The notes beneath the pieces are model-generated. The model searched no databases and was not told the origin of the DNA. It saw only the letters and a list, made by a program, of their open reading frames with translations. Shown one piece after another: positions 15,886 through 19,542 of a DNA stretch of 19,542 bases; the first letter of the stretch is position 1; each line of letters opens with the position of its first letter. The stretch spans positions 1-19,542 of the forward strand of contig PRDI01000128.1 in NCBI GenBank assembly GCA_003345595.1, read 5' to 3'. Position numbers and translations under genes: made by a program. The DNA comes from Candidatus Thorarchaeota archaeon. GTDB taxonomy: Archaea; Asgardarchaeota; Thorarchaeia; Thorarchaeales; Thorarchaeaceae.

Positions 15886-16080
15886 ATGTCTTCCCGTGAA
15901 AAGGAAATGGCTCGTCTGGCTAAGCTCTATGCAGAGTACCTGAACGGCCCTATAGGCAAGGGGGTGCTTGACAGGCTGAAGGAAGGTGAGTCCTTCACGA
16001 TCCGCTCACAGGACGAGGTTCTTCGGTTCACGAAGCTTCGGGGCAAAGCCGTGGTCAATGTGATGAAGGGTTACCCATAG
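15886..16080 (+). CDS. Small (64-66 aa) hypothetical protein
   Basis: GGTGG RBS at 15875-15879 before ATG 15886 (alternative ATG 15880). Natural-looking helix-helix-beta3 sequence (ARLAKLYAEYL...ESFTIRSQDEVLRFTK..GKAVV). Confidence 0.7.
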   Translation: MSSREKEMARLAKLYAEYLNGPIGKGVLDRLKEGESFTIRSQDEVLRFTKLRGKAVVNVMKGYP

Positions 16081-16208
16081 GTATCTCACACCTGCAGCTG
16101 GCAGCACGTGTTTTCCGCTTTAAATGACCTATCTGCGCGATTGAGGAATAGTGCGGCTTAATCCGGTCGTTCCAGCTGCCATGCGCACTTCTAGCGGAAC
16201 TCCAGGGC

Positions 16209-16240
16209 GACCCACTGGGTCTGACACGCCATCTTTATGT
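16209..16240 (+). promoter_or_regulatory. Palindrome GACCCA-C-TGGGTC upstream of a TATA-like TTTATG
   Basis: Palindrome at 16209-16221, TTTATGT at 16234-16240, probable GTG start at 16275. Confidence 0.4.
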
Positions 16241-16274
16241 GAGAGCACTCGAGCATTCGACAGGGAATGCCAAA

Positions 16275-17186
16275 GTGACGCCTGCGCTCAGAAAAGCTGC
16301 CATAGGAAGAGGCCACTATGTCATCGGAGTACTTGTTGGGTCAGTGATTCTCGCTGTACAGCTCTACGTGAGCAGCTGGCGTCTAGACCTGCTGATCGAC
16401 TCACCGGCTCTGTTTCTGCTAACGGGACTCTCATCGTCCATTATGAAGTTTCTTTCTGGCATTGGTGTAATGCTGACATATGCATCATTCTGTAGTTTCG
16501 TATTCCGAAGAGCCTCAGACATGATGAGGAACAAGAGAGAAACCGCGACATACGTGAAAGCCCTGCTCTCTCTACCAGTGATTGCCATTGCAGGCTACGG
16601 GATAGTGAAGCTGTATGCATCCCTGATCTTGGGAGAAAGCTTGAACCTGGTCGAAACCTTGGTTTCCCTGTACGGGGTGTGGTCTGTGGTATTGATGGTA
16701 TACGTTATACCTGCTTTGAGGAGTACTGTGCGGCGTCAGGGCGACCAGGGAATCCTCGCCGACATGAAGAGCAGGTTAGGCAGAATGCGATACTCTCTGT
16801 GGAAGGAGTATCAGTTCAGGGTTAAGAAAGACTTTGGCAAGGTCTATGCCAAGGAGTTCGAACGCTATCACGACCGGGTTGAAATCATCAGGGGAGAGTT
16901 GAGCGGCCTCCTCCTTCTTCCTATGTGCATAGTACTGGCTGTCTTTCCGCCTCTGGCAGGTCTACTGTTTGTCTTGTGGTTGCGGATACTATCGTTTGAC
17001 AGATCCCCACTTTCAGGAGGTGAGAAGGCTCTACTAGTAGTTTCCTCACTAACCGTGCTCCTGATCTCAAGTGTAGTCTTTCTGTCGGTCGGGGCCTTGC
17101 CTATCATGAAGCTGCTCGGCGTTGCTTACGGACTGGGAATACTTGGAAGCATCTTGCTGCTTGCCTATGTCATAGCTAAGTCGTAG
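16275..17186 (+). CDS. Polytopic membrane protein of unknown function (~7-8 TM, charged central loop)
   Basis: Multiple hydrophobic segments flank a basic/aromatic loop (RMRYSLWKEYQFRVKKDFGKVYAKEFERY). Start is GTG 16275 or 16239. Confidence 0.75.
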   Translation: MTPALRKAAIGRGHYVIGVLVGSVILAVQLYVSSWRLDLLIDSPALFLLTGLSSSIMKFLSGIGVMLTYASFCSFVFRRASDMMRNKRETATYVKALLSLPVIAIAGYGIVKLYASLILGESLNLVETLVSLYGVWSVVLMVYVIPALRSTVRRQGDQGILADMKSRLGRMRYSLWKEYQFRVKKDFGKVYAKEFERYHDRVEIIRGELSGLLLLPMCIVLAVFPPLAGLLFVLWLRILSFDRSPLSGGEKALLVVSSLTVLLISSVVFLSVGALPIMKLLGVAYGLGILGSILLLAYVIAKS

Positions 17187-17266
17187 GTGAGAATCCTCAC
17201 TGGTAGGAATGAGAAGAACTGGCAATCATATGGTAAGCCAGTCGAGCGGCTCGTGCTCCGTCGACT
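17187..17266. terminator. Cluster of short hairpins between convergent genes
   Basis: GTGAG-AATC-CTCAC (17187-17200), ACTGGC..GCCAGT (17218-17242) and AGTCGA..TCGACT (17240-17266). Confidence 0.25.
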
Positions 17267-17274
17267 AGGACCAG

Positions 17275-18135
17275 TCACTGCATTTTGGCTTTCGACGTTA
17301 CGAAAACCAAGTACACGGCTTGATTCGCAACCGGTGTTCGCCATCGCAAGCATGTTTCGGCGCTCATCTTAATGCATGCCATGGCGTGAATGCCTGCAGG
17401 AGTGGTCAGCCGATAAGACGGCTTCAGGAAGTAGAAAATCCCACCCACTCTCAGCAGTCGTAGTCCTGAATCGATTATTGCCCTCTCGACCTCAGTGCGA
17501 TCGTAGAAGCGTGTCCAGACGGCCTTGCCAGTTTCTTTTGTCCGTATCTCCTTCCAGACTGATTCCTGCTGTTCCTGCCCATATTTCTTTGCCCTGAGGA
17601 TGTCATAACGATTCGAGCGGTTGGCAACTGAGAAAACCAACAGCCCGTCAGGTTGCAGCTTCTTCGTGACACCATTCAGAGTGGTTTGAAGGTCCACAAC
17701 ATGATTGAGTGTCCCGAACATGGAAACTGCGAGGTCAAAATCATCCGGCAGAGCTGACAAGTTCTGAATATCTGCCACGAGAAATGTGCAACGGGACTCT
17801 GCCCCGGCTTCGCTGGCCTTGTGCTGGGCCAGTGACACCATCTCAGGCGAGATGTCCACACCGACTACTCTGTGCCCTCTTCGTGCTAGTCTGACAGCTA
17901 GCGAACCTGTACCACATCCAAGATCAAGTATCTTCAGGTGTCCGCGTTTGGCATAGCCGTCGATGAGTGACCTCTCAACAGATCTCATGTATTCAATGCT
18001 AGAGTCACTGTACTTGATATCATACGAAGGAGCAAGAGCGTTGTAGAATTCGGTCACGTTCCTCTGTAGCGCATCACGCGTGGGTTGATGCAATCTTGTT
18101 CGCCCCGGCCGGGTCCCTAAGCTCGAGAGGCCCAC
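17275..18135 (-). CDS. Class I SAM-dependent methyltransferase (UbiG/Methyltransf_25-like)
   Basis: ILDLGCGTG, VVGVDISPEM, FDLAVS, LNHV and LQPDGLLVFS motifs. Start uncertain (GTG 18135 or TTG 18093). Confidence 0.9.
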   Translation of the reverse strand: MGLSSLGTRPGRTRLHQPTRDALQRNVTEFYNALAPSYDIKYSDSSIEYMRSVERSLIDGYAKRGHLKILDLGCGTGSLAVRLARRGHRVVGVDISPEMVSLAQHKASEAGAESRCTFLVADIQNLSALPDDFDLAVSMFGTLNHVVDLQTTLNGVTKKLQPDGLLVFSVANRSNRYDILRAKKYGQEQQESVWKEIRTKETGKAVWTRFYDRTEVERAIIDSGLRLLRVGGIFYFLKPSYRLTTPAGIHAMACIKMSAETCLRWRTPVANQAVYLVFVTSKAKMQ

Positions 18136-18157
18136 GTAAGTTACCCATCACAGTGAA

Positions 18158-18163
18158 TATAAA
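18158..18163 (+). promoter_or_regulatory. TATA box of the PDO gene
   Basis: TATAAA 35 nt upstream of ATG 18199, with a GGTGGA RBS between them. Confidence 0.5.
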
Positions 18164-18198
18164 CGGAATGACCCATCAGACCAGCTGGTGGAAGTGCG

Positions 18199-18846
18199 AT
18201 GGTCGTTGAGATTGACGAACAGACAAAGCAACAGGTTCGGCAGCTTTTCGAGAAGCTCGAGAATGAGGTGACGATACATCTCTTTACGCGCGATGAAGAG
18301 TGCCTCTTCTGTAATGAAACGAGAGAGCTAGTCACTAAGGTGGCGGAGCTGTCAGACAGGATCAAGGTCGTGCCGCACGAAGGCCCTCTCAAGAAGAGCA
18401 CATCGGCAATCTTCGGTGTTCAGCACCAACCCGCCTTCATGCTCTATGGAAAGGGGCCGTACAAGATCCGGTTCAACGGTATTCCAGCCGGCCATGAGTT
18501 CACTAGTCTAATCGCAGGGATCCTTGACGTATCAGCAAGCGCCGTTTCATTGCCCAAAGACATCATCGATGACATACAGGCGATCGACAAGCCGGTCCAC
18601 ATCAAGGTCTTCACAACACCTGAATGTCCGTACTGTCCATCTATGGTTCGGCTTGCCTGGCAGGCTGCCATCATCAACCCGCTGATAGAGGCCGAAGGTT
18701 TCGAGTCCTTAGAGTTCCAAGAGTTGGTCAAGTACTACAAGGTGCAGGGTGTTCCAAAGACCGTTGTCAATGAAACAGTGGCGATTGAGGGGCTCGTGCC
18801 TCCAGGAGAGTTCGTAGAGAAACTATACGAAGCAATCGGAAAGTGA
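18199..18846 (+). CDS. Protein disulfide oxidoreductase (PDO; two thioredoxin folds, AhpF N-terminal-like)
   Basis: CLFC and CPYC redox motifs, GIPAGHEF and VQGVPK. Confidence 0.92.
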   Translation: MVVEIDEQTKQQVRQLFEKLENEVTIHLFTRDEECLFCNETRELVTKVAELSDRIKVVPHEGPLKKSTSAIFGVQHQPAFMLYGKGPYKIRFNGIPAGHEFTSLIAGILDVSASAVSLPKDIIDDIQAIDKPVHIKVFTTPECPYCPSMVRLAWQAAIINPLIEAEGFESLEFQELVKYYKVQGVPKTVVNETVAIEGLVPPGEFVEKLYEAIGK

Positions 18847-18881
18847 GTCTGGAAACAGCGCGCATACGGATGTGCAAAACG

Positions 18882-19541
18882 TCAGACTGGCTCACTTTGC
18901 TGACAAGTGAAGACGAACTCCCTTTCGTTCACATATCGGTATGCCTGATATGCTGCGTGGACTGCTTCAGCCACGCCGGTTATTGCCTGTTTGAACTCGG
19001 TGTCAGTGACATCGCCGGCAGCAAAGACCCCAGGAACATTAGTTCGACTCGACCTGTCGATGATGATCTCACCCTTTGCATTTGTTGCCACGCCAACCTT
19101 CTTGGCAAGCTCTGAAACTGGAATTCCTCCAATCGCCACAAAGACCCCTTGAACGTCCAGGAGATCATTACCACCATAGGGTTTGTCAAGCCGGACAGCT
19201 CTTACGCTCTGATCACCGATGATGGCAGTCACGTTTGTCTTTGTGAGCACCTCAATCTTCGCTTCCTTCTTTATCCTTGCGCCATTGATGGGCTCCGGTC
19301 TTATCTTCTCCCCACGATAAATCATGTATACCTTGGGGCAATATCGTGCAAGGAGAAGTGCTTCTTTTGCGGCACTGTCGCTACCTCCTACCACAGCCAC
19401 AGTTCTATCTCTGAACAAAGGCGCATCGCACAGAGCACAGTAGCTGATTCCTTTGTTCTTGAACTCATTCTGGCCGGGCACGTCTAGCTCTCTATCTTTC
19501 ATTCCCGTGGCGACTAGTATGGATTTCGAAAGGAAGGTTTT
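18882..19541 (-). CDS. trxB: Thioredoxin reductase, C-terminal two-thirds; truncated at the window end
   Basis: The frame stays open to the edge (KTFLSKSILVATGMKDREL), so ATG 19502 is internal. GISYCALCD, VVGGSDSA, TNVPGVFAAGD and QAITGVAE motifs. Confidence 0.92.
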   Translation of the reverse strand, partial: KTFLSKSILVATGMKDRELDVPGQNEFKNKGISYCALCDAPLFRDRTVAVVGGSDSAAKEALLLARYCPKVYMIYRGEKIRPEPINGARIKKEAKIEVLTKTNVTAIIGDQSVRAVRLDKPYGGNDLLDVQGVFVAIGGIPVSELAKKVGVATNAKGEIIIDRSSRTNVPGVFAAGDVTDTEFKQAITGVAEAVHAAYQAYRYVNEREFVFTCQQSEPV

Positions 19542-19542
19542 G

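Noticed and set aside
16151-16495. 114-aa ORF preceded by TTTAAA and GAGGA
   Set aside because: It overlaps the membrane-protein gene in another frame for over 200 nt and has no protein-like character. No slippery site suggesting a frameshift fusion was seen.

Overview
A gene-dense 19.5-kb archaeal chromosomal window with no rRNA, tRNA, CRISPR or transposase that I can recognise. The most likely source is an Asgard archaeon (Thorarchaeota-like). This is an inference from a 24-aa Cys-containing LRR protein, a Rab-like small-GTPase-fold protein, a DUF22 protein, a PDO-type thioredoxin partner, TATA-box promoters and GGTG/GGAGG ribosome-binding sites. In order it contains: the 3' end of an M32 carboxypeptidase; a 1282-aa membrane-anchored, sequon-rich glycoside-hydrolase-like surface protein; a minus-strand run (nitroreductase, tldD, pmbA/tldE, DUF4332-like protein, conserved hypothetical, C_GCAxxG_C_C redox protein, degenerate Rab-like protein); an ICMT/PEMT-family methyltransferase; a TM-linker-Ig-domain protein; a radical SAM enzyme; DUF22; a dsrEFH/tusDCB-like sulfur-relay operon; an LRR protein; a 64-66-aa protein; a polytopic membrane protein; a class I SAM methyltransferase; a protein disulfide oxidoreductase; and a partial thioredoxin reductase. 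The most interesting signals are: (i) a Rab-like pseudo-GTPase that keeps the fold signature but has lost the G1/G3/G4/G5 motifs; (ii) a ~105-nt intergenic element at 15772-15874 that folds into a three-way junction directly before the RBS of a small orphan gene; (iii) an unannotated 17-codon mini-ORF bridging pmbA and the DUF4332 gene; (iv) an orphan dsrEFH operon with a palindromic operator beside radical SAM/DUF22 genes; and (v) the large unclassified surface GH-like protein. All family calls come from motif recognition by eye; no searches were run.
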